From the NCBI GenBank assembly GCA_016282315.1, contig JAEEKG010000014.1, positions 1 to 50,833 of the forward strand: a stretch of 50,833 nt of DNA. The letters run 5' to 3'. Position 1 is the stretch's first letter. The number at the start of each line of letters is the position of its first letter. The position numbers and the translations under genes were made by a program. Below, one piece after another: positions 8,270-17,803 of this stretch. The DNA is from Clostridiales bacterium. Lineage in GTDB: Bacteria > Bacillota > Clostridia > Oscillospirales > CAG-272. A model generated the notes under the pieces. That model was not told the origin of the DNA, ran no database searches, and saw nothing but the letters and a program-made list of their open reading frames with translations.

Positions 8270-10360
8270 TTATTGAAGTGCATCTTTTCTTGAAAGATTG
8301 ATTCTGCCTTTATCATCAATGCCAAGATACTTAACTGTAATCTTGTCACCTACATTAACAACATCTTCAACTTTTTCTACTCTTGATTTGTCAAGTTTTG
8401 AAATGTGTACAAGGCCTTCTTTTCCAGGTGCGATTTCAACAAATGCGCCTATTGGAATGATTCTTGTTACAGTTCCTGTGTAATTGCAACCTTCAACTGG
8501 TTCAAAGCAAATAGCATCAATAATGCCCTTTGCAGTGTAAGCATCGTCTCTGTTGACTGCCTGAATGAAGATTGAACCGTCTTCTTCAATATCAATCTTG
8601 GTGTTGGTTTCAGTTGTGATCTTCTGGATAACTTCGCCGCCTTTACCAATAACTTCTCTGATCTTGTCAGGATTGATTTTAAGAGTAACGACTTTAGGTG
8701 CATATTCGTTGACATCTGGACGTGGAGCATCAATTGCTTTAAGGATTATTTCATCAATGATGTAATCTCTTGCTTTGTGTGTCTTTGCCAATGCAGCTTT
8801 AATGATTTCCGGTGTAAGACCATCAATCTTAAGGTCCATCTGAATTGATGTTATACCTTTGTGTGTTCCTGCAACTTTAAAGTCCATATCGCCATAGAAG
8901 TCTTCAACACCCTGGATATCTACCATTGTGTCCCAAGAACCATCTTCAGCTGTAATAAGACCACATGAAATTCCTGCAACCGGAGCTTTGATCGGAACGC
9001 CTGCAGCCATAAGTGCAAGTGTGCTTCCGCATACAGAACCCTGTGAAGTAGATCCGTTAGAAGAGAGAACTTCAGATACAACTCTAATTGTGTATGGGAA
9101 TTCTTCTCTGGATGGAAGTACAGGAATCAATGAACGTTCAGCAAGTGCGCCATGTCCTATTTCACGTCTACCGGGTGAACGAACAGCTTTAGCTTCGCCT
9201 GTTGAGTAACCAGGCATATTGTACTGGTGAATGTAGTATTTTTCTTTTTCTTCATCAAGACCATCAAGAATCTGAGCGTCGCTGAATGAACCAAGTGTAA
9301 CAATTGACAATACCTGTGTCTGACCTCTTGTGAACAATCCTGAGCCGTGAACTCTTGGAAGAACATCAACTTCAGCAGCAAGTGGACGAATCTGGTCCAT
9401 AGCTCTTCCGTCAACTCTCTTCTTGTCTACGAGTAACCATCTACGAACAATCTTCTTCTGAATCTTGTAGATGAGTTCCGGAAGAATAACTTCGATGTCA
9501 GGATACTCTTCAGCATAATCAGCAACGATTCTGTCCTGGATAGGCTGCATTCTTGCATCACGTACATTCTTGTCGTCAGTATCAAGAGCGAATTCTACAT
9601 CTTTTTCAACTGCAGCAAAGATTTTGTCGAACATGTCGTGATCGAGTTCGCCTGATGGATACTCAAATTTCGGTTTGCCTATTTCATCAACGATGCTGTT
9701 TATGAACTTAAGAAGTTTGCCGATTTCTTCATGTGCAAGCATGATAGCATTGAACATTGTCTCATCATCAACTTCATTAGCGCCTGCTTCAACCATTACA
9801 ACTTTCTTTTCGCTGGATGCAACTGTGAGTTGGAGATCACTCTTAAGTCTCTGTTCAGCTGTTGGGTTAATAACGAGCTGTCCGTCAACCAAACCAACAT
9901 AAGCGCCGCCTATTGGGCCGTTCCACGGTATGTCAGAAATTGACAATGCAATTGAAGCACCGATCATAGCTGTGATTTCAGGTGAACAATCAGGATCAAC
10001 TGCCATTACTTCAAGAGTAAGAGCAACGTCGTTTCTCAGATCTTTCGGGAAAAGAGGACGAATTGGACGATCGATTACACGGCTTGTAAGAATTGCCTTG
10101 TCGCTTGGTTTTCCTTCTCTTCTTTGATAGCTGCCGGGAATTCTTCCGACTGCATACAGTTTTTCATCATAGTCAACTGAAAGAGGCAAGAAATCAATTC
10201 CTTCTCTTGGTTTGGCAGATGCTGTAGCACAACAGAGAATAACTGTGTCGCCATAGTGAATCATGACTGAACCATTTGCAAGTCCTGCAACTTTGCCTGT
10301 TTCAACCTTTAAAGGTCTTCCTGCGTATTCATATTCGAATACTCTGTAGTTTTCAAACAT
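8270..10360 (-). CDS. pnp: Polyribonucleotide nucleotidyltransferase (PNPase)
   Basis: Two RNase PH domains (FLPLSVDY, SRVIDRPIRPLFP, RREIGHGALAER, SNGSTSQ, GDMDFKVAGT) plus KH and S1 domains. ATG at 10360 follows AGGAGG. Confidence 0.98.
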   Translation of the reverse strand: MFENYRVFEYEYAGRPLKVETGKVAGLANGSVMIHYGDTVILCCATASAKPREGIDFLPLSVDYDEKLYAVGRIPGSYQRREGKPSDKAILTSRVIDRPIRPLFPKDLRNDVALTLEVMAVDPDCSPEITAMIGASIALSISDIPWNGPIGGAYVGLVDGQLVINPTAEQRLKSDLQLTVASSEKKVVMVEAGANEVDDETMFNAIMLAHEEIGKLLKFINSIVDEIGKPKFEYPSGELDHDMFDKIFAAVEKDVEFALDTDDKNVRDARMQPIQDRIVADYAEEYPDIEVILPELIYKIQKKIVRRWLLVDKKRVDGRAMDQIRPLAAEVDVLPRVHGSGLFTRGQTQVLSIVTLGSFSDAQILDGLDEEKEKYYIHQYNMPGYSTGEAKAVRSPGRREIGHGALAERSLIPVLPSREEFPYTIRVVSEVLSSNGSTSQGSVCGSTLALMAAGVPIKAPVAGISCGLITAEDGSWDTMVDIQGVEDFYGDMDFKVAGTHKGITSIQMDLKIDGLTPEIIKAALAKTHKARDYIIDEIILKAIDAPRPDVNEYAPKVVTLKINPDKIREVIGKGGEVIQKITTETNTKIDIEEDGSIFIQAVNRDDAYTAKGIIDAICFEPVEGCNYTGTVTRIIPIGAFVEIAPGKEGLVHISKLDKSRVEKVEDVVNVGDKITVKYLGIDDKGRINLSRKDALQ

Positions 10361-10395
10361 AATTTCCTCCTGTTTGATAAATATATTTCTCAACC

Positions 10396-10478
10396 CATGG
10401 AGGTTTTGTTTAGCACTTAATTAAAAGTCCAAATGTTTCAGGCTCTTAATTAATTGCTATACAACCCCTCTGCCCATG
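10396..10478 (-). promoter_or_regulatory. Long imperfect stem-loop in the pnp leader (candidate RNase III site)
   Basis: GAGG..TTGT-TAGCA-TTAATTAA pairs with TTAATTAA-TGCTA-ACAA..CCTC between rpsO and pnp. Confidence 0.55.
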
Positions 10479-10528
10479 AGTAAAAAGACAAAAAGTGAAA
10501 TGGGACGGAAAAAACCGCCCCTTACATA

Positions 10529-10792
10529 TTACTTTCTCAAACCAAGTTTTTCGATGATTGCACGATAACGTGTAATATCTTTCTTCTGGAGATATGCGAG
10601 AAGATTTCTTCTCTTACCGATCATTTTAAGCAAACCTCTACGGCTATGCTTATCCTGAGGGTTTACAGAAAGATGCTCATTAAGATGATTGATTCTTTCT
10701 GTCAAAAGAGCGATCTGAACTTCAGGAGAACCTGTATCGCCTTCGTGTTTTTGGTTTTCAGTAATAATTTGCTGCTTGAGTTCTTTTTCCAT
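10529..10792 (-). CDS. rpsO: 30S ribosomal protein S15
   Basis: [32 protein letters not shown] at 10792 follows GAGGTGA. Confidence 0.98.
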   Translation of the reverse strand: MEKELKQQIITENQKHEGDTGSPEVQIALLTERINHLNEHLSVNPQDKHSRRGLLKMIGKRRNLLAYLQKKDITRYRAIIEKLGLRK

Positions 10793-10794
10793 TT

Positions 10795-10897
10795 TTGTCA
10801 CCTCGTAGAATAATTATTTGCCTAAGAACGAAGTGTTGGAGGGTGACATTGTCTCTTTAAGACCATGGTTCCAAAACTGCGCTCCCGGTTAACAGCA
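10795..10897 (-). promoter_or_regulatory. Probable S15 autoregulatory leader
   Basis: About 100-nt 5' UTR with nested pairings (GGGAGCG/CGTTCTT, TTGGA/TCCAA) between the promoter and rpsO, where Firmicutes S15 leaders sit. Confidence 0.55.
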
Positions 10898-10903
10898 ATC
10901 GCT

Positions 10904-10932
10904 ATTATATCAATGTTTTTTTTTCTTGTCAA
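10904..10932 (-). promoter_or_regulatory. Sigma-A promoter of rpsO-pnp
   Basis: Consensus TTGACA-N17-TATAAT on the minus strand. Confidence 0.85.
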
Positions 10933-11056
10933 CATATAATTATTAAATATATAGCGTTTTTCTTTTATATGGAAAAGTGTTGAATTTGTATGGTCATAGT
11001 TGTAAAATTACATTGTTATAAATCCGTATTGCGGAAAAGAAAGAGGTAATAATATT

Positions 11057-11992
11057 ATGGCACTTGTTACAACAAAAGAAATGTTCAAAAAGGCATACGA
11101 TGGTCATTACGCTATAGGCGCTTTTAACGTAAACAACATGGAAATCGTTCAGGGAATAACAGAAGCAGCTAACGAGCTCAGAAGCCCTGTAATTCTTCAG
11201 GTAAGTAAAGGCGCAAGAGCATATGCAAATCATACATATCTTGTAAAATTGGTTGAGGCTGCAGTTCACGAGACAGACATCCCGATCGCACTGCACTTGG
11301 ATCATGGTCCGGATTTTGAAACATGTAAATCATGCATTGACGGTGGATTTACATCAGTTATGATAGATTTCTCAAGTCATCCATATGAGGAGAACATCAA
11401 AGAAACAAAGAGAGTAGTTGAGTATGCTCACGCTCACGGAGTTGTTGTTGAAGCTGAACTCGGAACACTTGCAGGTGTTGAAGATGAAGTTAAAGTTGAA
11501 GAGGGTATGAGTTCATACACTCGTCCGGAAGAAGTTCAGGACTTTGCTGAAAGAACAGGTTGTGACTCACTTGCAATTGCAATAGGAACAAGCCATGGCG
11601 CATACAAGTTTAAACCAGGCACAAAACCACAACTCAGATTCGACATTCTTGAAGAAGTATCAAAGAGATTGCCGGGATTCCCGATAGTTTTACACGGCGC
11701 ATCCAGCGTTCCACAGGAATTTGTAAAAATCATAAACAATTACGGCGGCAAAATGCCAGACGCAATTGGTGTTCCTGAAGAAATGTTGGCTCAGGCAGCT
11801 AAGATGGCTGTGTGTAAGATCAATATCGACTCAGACATTAGACTTGCTATGACAGCTTCAATCAGACAGTATCTGACAGAACATCCAGCAGACTTTGATC
11901 CACGTCAATATCTCAAACCGGCTCGCCAAGCTGTTAAAGATATGGTTAGCCACAAGATTGTTGATGTTTTGGGTTCAAACAACAAAGCTTAA
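11057..11992 (+). CDS. fba: Class II fructose-1,6-bisphosphate aldolase
   Basis: GAFNVNNME, ALHLDHG, GFTSVMID, VEAELG, GTSHGAYK, VLHGAS, KINIDSD, FDPR. Confidence 0.97.
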   Translation: MALVTTKEMFKKAYDGHYAIGAFNVNNMEIVQGITEAANELRSPVILQVSKGARAYANHTYLVKLVEAAVHETDIPIALHLDHGPDFETCKSCIDGGFTSVMIDFSSHPYEENIKETKRVVEYAHAHGVVVEAELGTLAGVEDEVKVEEGMSSYTRPEEVQDFAERTGCDSLAIAIGTSHGAYKFKPGTKPQLRFDILEEVSKRLPGFPIVLHGASSVPQEFVKIINNYGGKMPDAIGVPEEMLAQAAKMAVCKINIDSDIRLAMTASIRQYLTEHPADFDPRQYLKPARQAVKDMVSHKIVDVLGSNNKA

Positions 11993-12006
11993 GAAAAATC
12001 TTTTTT

Positions 12007-12045
12007 ACTGTGATAGGCACTCAAAGCTTATCACAGTTTTTTTTT
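12007..12045 (+). terminator. fba terminator
   Basis: ACTGTGATAGGC...GCTTATCACAGT stem followed by a T-run. Confidence 0.8.
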
Positions 12046-12116
12046 GCAACAATATTTATAAATATAAAAATATATGTTGCACAATTGCATATTTTGTGGT
12101 AAAAAGAAAGAACAAA

Positions 12117-12239
12117 GATAGAGGCGCGGCCGACAAGATTACTCAGTATGGGGAAAGGGGAAGCTGCCGAAGGTGATTATTGTCTCCTGGGCGTACGGAG
12201 AATATCCGTGCGACTGTCGCATTATTGCGGAGAGCTATC
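12117..12239 (+). ncRNA. Lysine riboswitch aptamer (compact variant)
   Basis: GATAG-AGGCGC...GAAAGG...GCCGAA...CTGGG, P4 CGTACGGA-GAATA-TCCGTGCG, ACTGTC, P5 CGCA-TTAT-TGCG, GGAGAG-CTATC. Located directly upstream of the lysine biosynthesis operon. Confidence 0.88.
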
Positions 12240-12273
12240 ATGTGATTATTAATACAATTATGTATTTTTGAAC

Positions 12274-12308
12274 ATGATGGCTGCATTTCTTGCAACCATT
12301 ATTTTTTT
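12274..12308 (+). terminator. Riboswitch expression-platform terminator
   Basis: ATGATGGCTGCA-tttct-TGCAACCATTAT followed by a T-run, just before the dapA SD. Confidence 0.7.
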
Positions 12309-12319
12309 GGAGAAAAACT

Positions 12320-13207
12320 ATGAAAAAAGAAACTATATTCAAAGGCGCAGCAACTGCAATTATCACTCCTTTAAACGAAAACGGAGTGGATTTTGACAGA
12401 TTCGGAAAACTACTTGATTGGCAAATTGAAGAAGGAATAGATGCTCTTGTAATATGCGGAACCACTGGCGAAGGCGCAACTATGAGTCAGTCTGAATATG
12501 AAGCGACAATAGACTATGCAGTTAAAAGAATAAACAAAAGAGTTCCTGTTATCGCCGGAGCTGGTTCAAATAACACATCTAGAGCTATTGAGATGACAAA
12601 GTATTGCTGCAGTGTAGGAGCAGATGCAATATTGTCTGTTACTCCTTTTTACAACAAGACAACTCAGTTGGGTCTTGTAAAGATGTACACGGAAATTGCA
12701 AAGGCTTCAACTAAACCGGTTGTACTGTACAATGTTCCGTCAAGAACGGGAATAAACATAGAACCTGAAACATATCTTGAACTATCCAAAGTTGACAACA
12801 TATCAGCTATAAAGGAAGCCAATGGAGACTTGTCAAAGATTATCAAGACAATGTCTTTAGTTGAAGATAAGCTTGATGTCTATTCTGGAAATGATGATCA
12901 GGCTTATTCCGTAATGTCTTTGGGTGGAAAAGGTGTCATTTCTGTTTTGTCTAATGTTGTTCCAAAAGAGACTGCTTTGATGTGCAAGAAGTTCTTTGAA
13001 GGCGATTACGAAGGGGCTAAACAATTGCAATTCAAATATCTTAACCTGATATCTGCATTGTTCTCTGAGACAAATCCGATTCCGGTCAAAGCTGCGATGG
13101 CAAAAATGGGATTTTGTGAGAACTATCTTAGACTTCCGCTTATTGAGATGAGTGAAGATAAGAAAGCTAAAATGTTCAGCATAATGAAAGAACTAGGATT
13201 GATTTGA
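12320..13207 (+). CDS. dapA: 4-hydroxy-tetrahydrodipicolinate synthase
   Basis: GTTGEG, PVIAGAGSN, TPFYNK, LYNVPSRTG, IKEA, YSGND, ETNPIPVK. ATG at 12320 follows GGAG. Confidence 0.97.
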   Translation: MKKETIFKGAATAIITPLNENGVDFDRFGKLLDWQIEEGIDALVICGTTGEGATMSQSEYEATIDYAVKRINKRVPVIAGAGSNNTSRAIEMTKYCCSVGADAILSVTPFYNKTTQLGLVKMYTEIAKASTKPVVLYNVPSRTGINIEPETYLELSKVDNISAIKEANGDLSKIIKTMSLVEDKLDVYSGNDDQAYSVMSLGGKGVISVLSNVVPKETALMCKKFFEGDYEGAKQLQFKYLNLISALFSETNPIPVKAAMAKMGFCENYLRLPLIEMSEDKKAKMFSIMKELGLI

Positions 13208-13215
13208 GGTACGTT

Positions 13216-13950
13216 ATGAAAGTAATTGTTCATGGTGCAAAAGGGCACATGGGTCAAATAACAACAGATCTTGTAAAAAAAGGATATGACGGAGCTATAT
13301 TTGCAGCTGCAGTTGACGCTTTTTCTGAAGACAAAGATGTATACAAAAGCTTAAATGACGTAACTGAAAAAGCAGATGTCGTAATAGATTTTTCTCATCA
13401 TTCTGCTACCAAGGCTGTGTGTGATTATTGCAAAGAAAAAAACATTCCTGTTGTAATAGCAACAACAGGACAGAACGAAGAAGAAAAAAAGATAATAGAA
13501 GAAACTTCAAAGACAATTCCTGTTTTCTTTTCAGCAAACATGTCAATAGGAATAGCAGTACTGGCTAGTTTTGCTAAACAGGCAGCTGCTATGATGAAAG
13601 ATGCAGATATAGAAATAGTTGAAGTTCATCACAACAGAAAACTTGATGCTCCAAGCGGAACAGCTTTGCTTTTAGCTGAAGAAATAAAAGAATCAAGACC
13701 CGAAGCCAGAATTGTTTGCGGCAGAAACGGACAGCAAAAAAGAGACCAGAATGATATAGGTATTAACTCTGTAAGAATGGGAAATGTTGTCGGGATACAT
13801 GAAGTTTACATATCTTCACCAACTCAGACAATAACTCTTAAACACGAGGCTCACGACAGAGCATTGTTCTCCGAAGGGGCTATCAAGGCAGCTGAGTTTG
13901 TGGTTACTAAGCCTGCCGGATTATACAACATGAAAGATTTGCTGGTGTAA
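13216..13950 (+). CDS. dapB: 4-hydroxy-tetrahydrodipicolinate reductase
   Basis: GAKGHMG, DVVIDFS, ATTG, SANMSIG, EVHHNRKLDAPSGTA. Confidence 0.96.
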   Translation: MKVIVHGAKGHMGQITTDLVKKGYDGAIFAAAVDAFSEDKDVYKSLNDVTEKADVVIDFSHHSATKAVCDYCKEKNIPVVIATTGQNEEEKKIIEETSKTIPVFFSANMSIGIAVLASFAKQAAAMMKDADIEIVEVHHNRKLDAPSGTALLLAEEIKESRPEARIVCGRNGQQKRDQNDIGINSVRMGNVVGIHEVYISSPTQTITLKHEAHDRALFSEGAIKAAEFVVTKPAGLYNMKDLLV

Positions 13951-13952
13951 TT

Positions 13953-15278
13953 ATGACTGATATAGGAATTAAAGTTTGTAAGTTCGGAGGCTCATCTTTA
14001 GCCACATCCGCTGACTTTAAGGTTGTTGCAGATATAATAAAGTCTGATGAAGAGAGAAGATACATAGTGGTATCAGCACCGGGAAAAAGCAACAACAATG
14101 AAGAAAAAGTCACAGACTTACTGATTAAATGCTATGATTTGGCTTCAAAAAAGCAAGATTATAGAGTTGTGCTTGACGAAATCAAGGCAAGGTTTAAAGA
14201 AATCATAGACGGACTTGAAATCAATTTCGATCTGGATACTGAATTTGAACTGATAGATGAAAAGTGTTCAGATGGTCCCGGTAAAGACTATTTGGTGAGC
14301 AGAGGTGAGTATTTGAACGCAAGAATACTTGCTTCATATTTAGCATGTTCATTTGTTGATTCTGAAGGAAGATTGATGTTCTTGAAAAAAGATGTTTTGG
14401 ATGATGAATTGACAGACAGCATTCTGTTCGAGGATTTGTCTGAACTAAAAAGGGCGGTTATCCCTGGTTTTTACGGAACAGGTCCAGATGGCAATGTCAT
14501 GACTTTCTCAAGGGGAGGGTCAGATATTACAGGCGCGATTGTATCTAGAGCTGTTCATGCAGATATGTATGAGAACTGGACCGATGTATCCGGAATGCTG
14601 ATGGTAGATCCCAAATGTGTTGAAAATCCAAAAACGATTTCTATGATTTCGTACAGCGAATTGCGCGAATTGACATATATGGGAGCTACTGTTCTTCACG
14701 AAGATGCAGTATTTCCGGCTAGACAGGCTAAGCTTCCAATAAATATCCGCAATACAAGATTTCCGGACGATCAGGGAACAGTAATCCTTCCCAAAGTACC
14801 AGCCGGGGTACCTAAACATATAATTACAGGAATAGCAGGAAAAAAAGGTTTTGCTTCAATTACAATTGAAAAAAACAGAATGAATGCAGAACTTGGTTTT
14901 GGAAGAAAAGTATTGAGTGTACTTGAAGAAATTAATCTCTCGTTTGAACATATTCCGACTGGTATAGACACGATGTCTGTGTTTGTAAATAAGTCGGCAA
15001 TTGTAGGAAAAGAAGACTATATCAAGGAAAGAATTCAAAAAGAGGTAGACCCTGACGAAATAGTCATTTACGAAAACATAGCTCTTATAGCAGTAGTGGG
15101 AAGAGGCATGGTTAACAGACCGGGTGTAGCTGGCAGAATCTTTACAGCTCTGGCTAATGAAAGAATAACCGTTAAGATGATTGACCAAGGCTCTTCATGT
15201 ATTAACATCATAATAGGCGTAGAAGAAGAGAATTATGAAAAAGCAGTAAGAGCTATATATAACGAATTTGTGAAATAG
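13953..15278 (+). CDS. lysC: Aspartate kinase with two ACT domains
   Basis: KFGGSS, VVSAPGK, SRGEY, TFSRGGSDITG, NWTDVSG, GATVLH. Confidence 0.93.
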   Translation: MTDIGIKVCKFGGSSLATSADFKVVADIIKSDEERRYIVVSAPGKSNNNEEKVTDLLIKCYDLASKKQDYRVVLDEIKARFKEIIDGLEINFDLDTEFELIDEKCSDGPGKDYLVSRGEYLNARILASYLACSFVDSEGRLMFLKKDVLDDELTDSILFEDLSELKRAVIPGFYGTGPDGNVMTFSRGGSDITGAIVSRAVHADMYENWTDVSGMLMVDPKCVENPKTISMISYSELRELTYMGATVLHEDAVFPARQAKLPINIRNTRFPDDQGTVILPKVPAGVPKHIITGIAGKKGFASITIEKNRMNAELGFGRKVLSVLEEINLSFEHIPTGIDTMSVFVNKSAIVGKEDYIKERIQKEVDPDEIVIYENIALIAVVGRGMVNRPGVAGRIFTALANERITVKMIDQGSSCINIIIGVEEENYEKAVRAIYNEFVK

Positions 15279-15287
15279 GTGTTATCT

Positions 15288-16580
15288 ATGATTTGCAATA
15301 ATTTGACAAACAAAGAAGGAACATTATATTTTAATGGCTATAATACATTGTATCTTGCAAAAAAATACGGGACTCCTTTGTATGTAATGGATGAAGACCG
15401 CATTCATCAAAATATCAGAGTGTATAAGGATGCAATGAACAAGTATTTCGGAGAAGGTTCTTTTCCTCTTTATGCAAGCAAGGCGGCCAGTTTCAAGCAG
15501 ATTTACAGAATAGCTAAAGAAGAAGATATTGGCATTGATGTTGTATCAATGGGTGAAATATTTACAGCAAAATCCGTAGGCTTTCCCATGCACAAAGCAT
15601 ATTTTCACTCTAACAACAAAACAGAAGAAGATATTAGGTTTGCTATGGATTCCGGAGTTGGCTATTTTGTAGTTGATTGCTTTGAAGAATTACAGGCAAT
15701 TGACAATATCTCAAAAGAAAAAGGCATTATTCAAAACGTATTGTTGAGACTTACTCCCGGAATTGATCCTCATACATATGAAGCAGTAGCAACAGGAAAA
15801 GTGGACTCAAAATTTGGTTCTGCCATTGAAACAGGTCAAGCTGAACAGATAACAGAATTTGCTTTGTCACTAAAGCATATATGTCTAAAAGGTTTTCATT
15901 GTCATATAGGTTCCCAGATATTCGATTCTTCAATATTTATTAAGGGTTCTGAAATAATGTTGCAATTCATTTGCGACATGAAGAAAAAGTATAATTATGT
16001 AACTGAACAATTGGATTTGGGCGGTGGATTCGGTGTCAGATACACTGACTCTGATCCTATCATAGATATTGAAAAAGAAATTGAAACAGTTTCCAAAACA
16101 ATTCTAGATAAGGCAAGCGAGCTGGGCATTTCTGTCCCTCAAATTAGAATGGAACCGGGCAGAAGTATAGTTGCTGATGCGGGATTAACACTTTACACTG
16201 TGGGTTCAGTTAAAAGAATACCGGGATACAAGAATTACGTCTCAATTGACGGAGGCATGACAGATAACCCAAGGTTTGCATTGTATAAATCTAAATACAC
16301 TGTTTTGAACGCCGGAAAGCTAAATGATACAAAAGTATTAAAAGCAGATTTAGTAGGCAGATGCTGCGAAAGCGGCGATATCATTCAAAAGGATGTCGAC
16401 TTTGCAAATACTCAAAAAGGCGATATAGTTGCAGTGTTGACAACAGGGGCATATAACTATTCAATGGCATCAAATTACAATAGAATATGCAGACCTGCCG
16501 TAGTAATGGTAGGACAAAAAGGTGATTACATTGCAGTTAAAAGAGAATCACTTGAATATTTGACTGAAAACGATTTATAG
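15288..16580 (+). CDS. lysA: Diaminopimelate decarboxylase
   Basis: YGTPLYV, YASKA, DSKFG, HCHIGSQ, LDLGGGFG, EPGRS, CCESGD, GAYNYSMASNYN. Confidence 0.97.
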   Translation: MICNNLTNKEGTLYFNGYNTLYLAKKYGTPLYVMDEDRIHQNIRVYKDAMNKYFGEGSFPLYASKAASFKQIYRIAKEEDIGIDVVSMGEIFTAKSVGFPMHKAYFHSNNKTEEDIRFAMDSGVGYFVVDCFEELQAIDNISKEKGIIQNVLLRLTPGIDPHTYEAVATGKVDSKFGSAIETGQAEQITEFALSLKHICLKGFHCHIGSQIFDSSIFIKGSEIMLQFICDMKKKYNYVTEQLDLGGGFGVRYTDSDPIIDIEKEIETVSKTILDKASELGISVPQIRMEPGRSIVADAGLTLYTVGSVKRIPGYKNYVSIDGGMTDNPRFALYKSKYTVLNAGKLNDTKVLKADLVGRCCESGDIIQKDVDFANTQKGDIVAVLTTGAYNYSMASNYNRICRPAVVMVGQKGDYIAVKRESLEYLTENDL

Positions 16581-16587
16581 GTGTTTT

Positions 16588-17664
16588 ATGAAAAAGCTTA
16601 GAACAGGAATTATAGGTGCAACAGGAATGGTTGGACAAAGGTTTTTAACCATCTTGCAAAACCATCCGTATTTTGAAGTCACTGAACTTATGGCGAGCAG
16701 CAGGTGTGCCGGACTGACATATGAAAAAGCCGTAGAAGGAAGATGGAAACTTGACGAGCGCATCCCTGAAAAGTACCAAACCATGATTGTCGGTGATGCA
16801 TCAAATGTTGATTATTACAAAGACAGAGTAGATATCGTTTTTTGTGCAGTCAATATGGAAAAAGATAAGATAGTTGAATTGGAAGAAAACTATGCCAGAC
16901 ACGAGATTGTAGTAGTGTCAAACAATTCAGCTAACAGATATAAAGATGATGTGCCTATGGTTATTCCGGAAATTAACCCAGACCATCTTAGCGTAATTGA
17001 TGAACAAAAAAAGAGACTGGGAACAAAGAGAGGTTTTATAGCAGTAAAACCGAATTGTTCAATTCAGACATTTGTTCCTATGATTACACCTTTGCTCAAA
17101 TTCAATCCTACAGAGATTCTGGTGACGACATACCAAGCAATTTCAGGTGCAGGAAAAACCTTTAAAGAATGGCCTGAAATGGTAGGCAATGTAATTCCGT
17201 TTATTTCAGGTGAAGAGGAAAAAACAGAAAAAGAACCATTGAAGATTTGGGGAAGTGTAAAAGACGGAAAGATAGTACCGGCAGTTTACCCTAATATAAC
17301 TTCGCAATGTGTAAGAATTCCCGTTTCCGATGGTCACACGGCAGCTGTTTTTGTAAAATTTGAGAATAAACCGTCTAAAGAAGAAATCATAAAAGAGTGG
17401 AAAGATTATAAAGGTTTGCCTCAGACTTTGCTCTTGCCAAGTGCTCCAAAGCAGTTTATAACATATTTTGAAGAGGATAACAGACCTCAGGTATCTCTTG
17501 ACAAAGATTTGTATAATGGTATGGGTATTTCAGCCGGAAGGTTAAGAGAAGACAGAATATTTGATTACAAATTCATAGGGCTGGCTCACAATACTTTAAG
17601 AGGTGCAGCAGGAGGCGCTGTATTAATAGCTGAATTGTTGTACAAAAAAGGATATTTGAGCTGA
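16588..17664 (+). CDS. asd: Aspartate-semialdehyde dehydrogenase
   Basis: GATGMVGQ, VPMVIPEINP, PNCS, TYQAISGAG, HNTLRGAAG. Confidence 0.97.
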   Translation: MKKLRTGIIGATGMVGQRFLTILQNHPYFEVTELMASSRCAGLTYEKAVEGRWKLDERIPEKYQTMIVGDASNVDYYKDRVDIVFCAVNMEKDKIVELEENYARHEIVVVSNNSANRYKDDVPMVIPEINPDHLSVIDEQKKRLGTKRGFIAVKPNCSIQTFVPMITPLLKFNPTEILVTTYQAISGAGKTFKEWPEMVGNVIPFISGEEEKTEKEPLKIWGSVKDGKIVPAVYPNITSQCVRIPVSDGHTAAVFVKFENKPSKEEIIKEWKDYKGLPQTLLLPSAPKQFITYFEEDNRPQVSLDKDLYNGMGISAGRLREDRIFDYKFIGLAHNTLRGAAGGAVLIAELLYKKGYLS

Positions 17665-17688
17665 TTACAAGTTTAGTTGAATAAAAAT

Positions 17689-17737
17689 GTGAGTGTATTT
17701 TGACAAAAACAATTGTTAATTGCACTCACCTTTTTTT
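17689..17737 (+). terminator. Lysine operon terminator
   Basis: GTGAGTGTA...TGCACTCAC stem followed by T7. Confidence 0.6.
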
Positions 17738-17803
17738 GTGTTATTGTGGAAAGATTTGACGAGATAATGTAAAATATATACTAGAAAAAAGTTGGAGGGG
17801 CAA

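Noticed and set aside
11895-12176. 93-aa ORF as a possible leader peptide for the lysine operon
   Set aside because: It starts inside fba in another frame and crosses the fba terminator; the riboswitch already explains the regulation.
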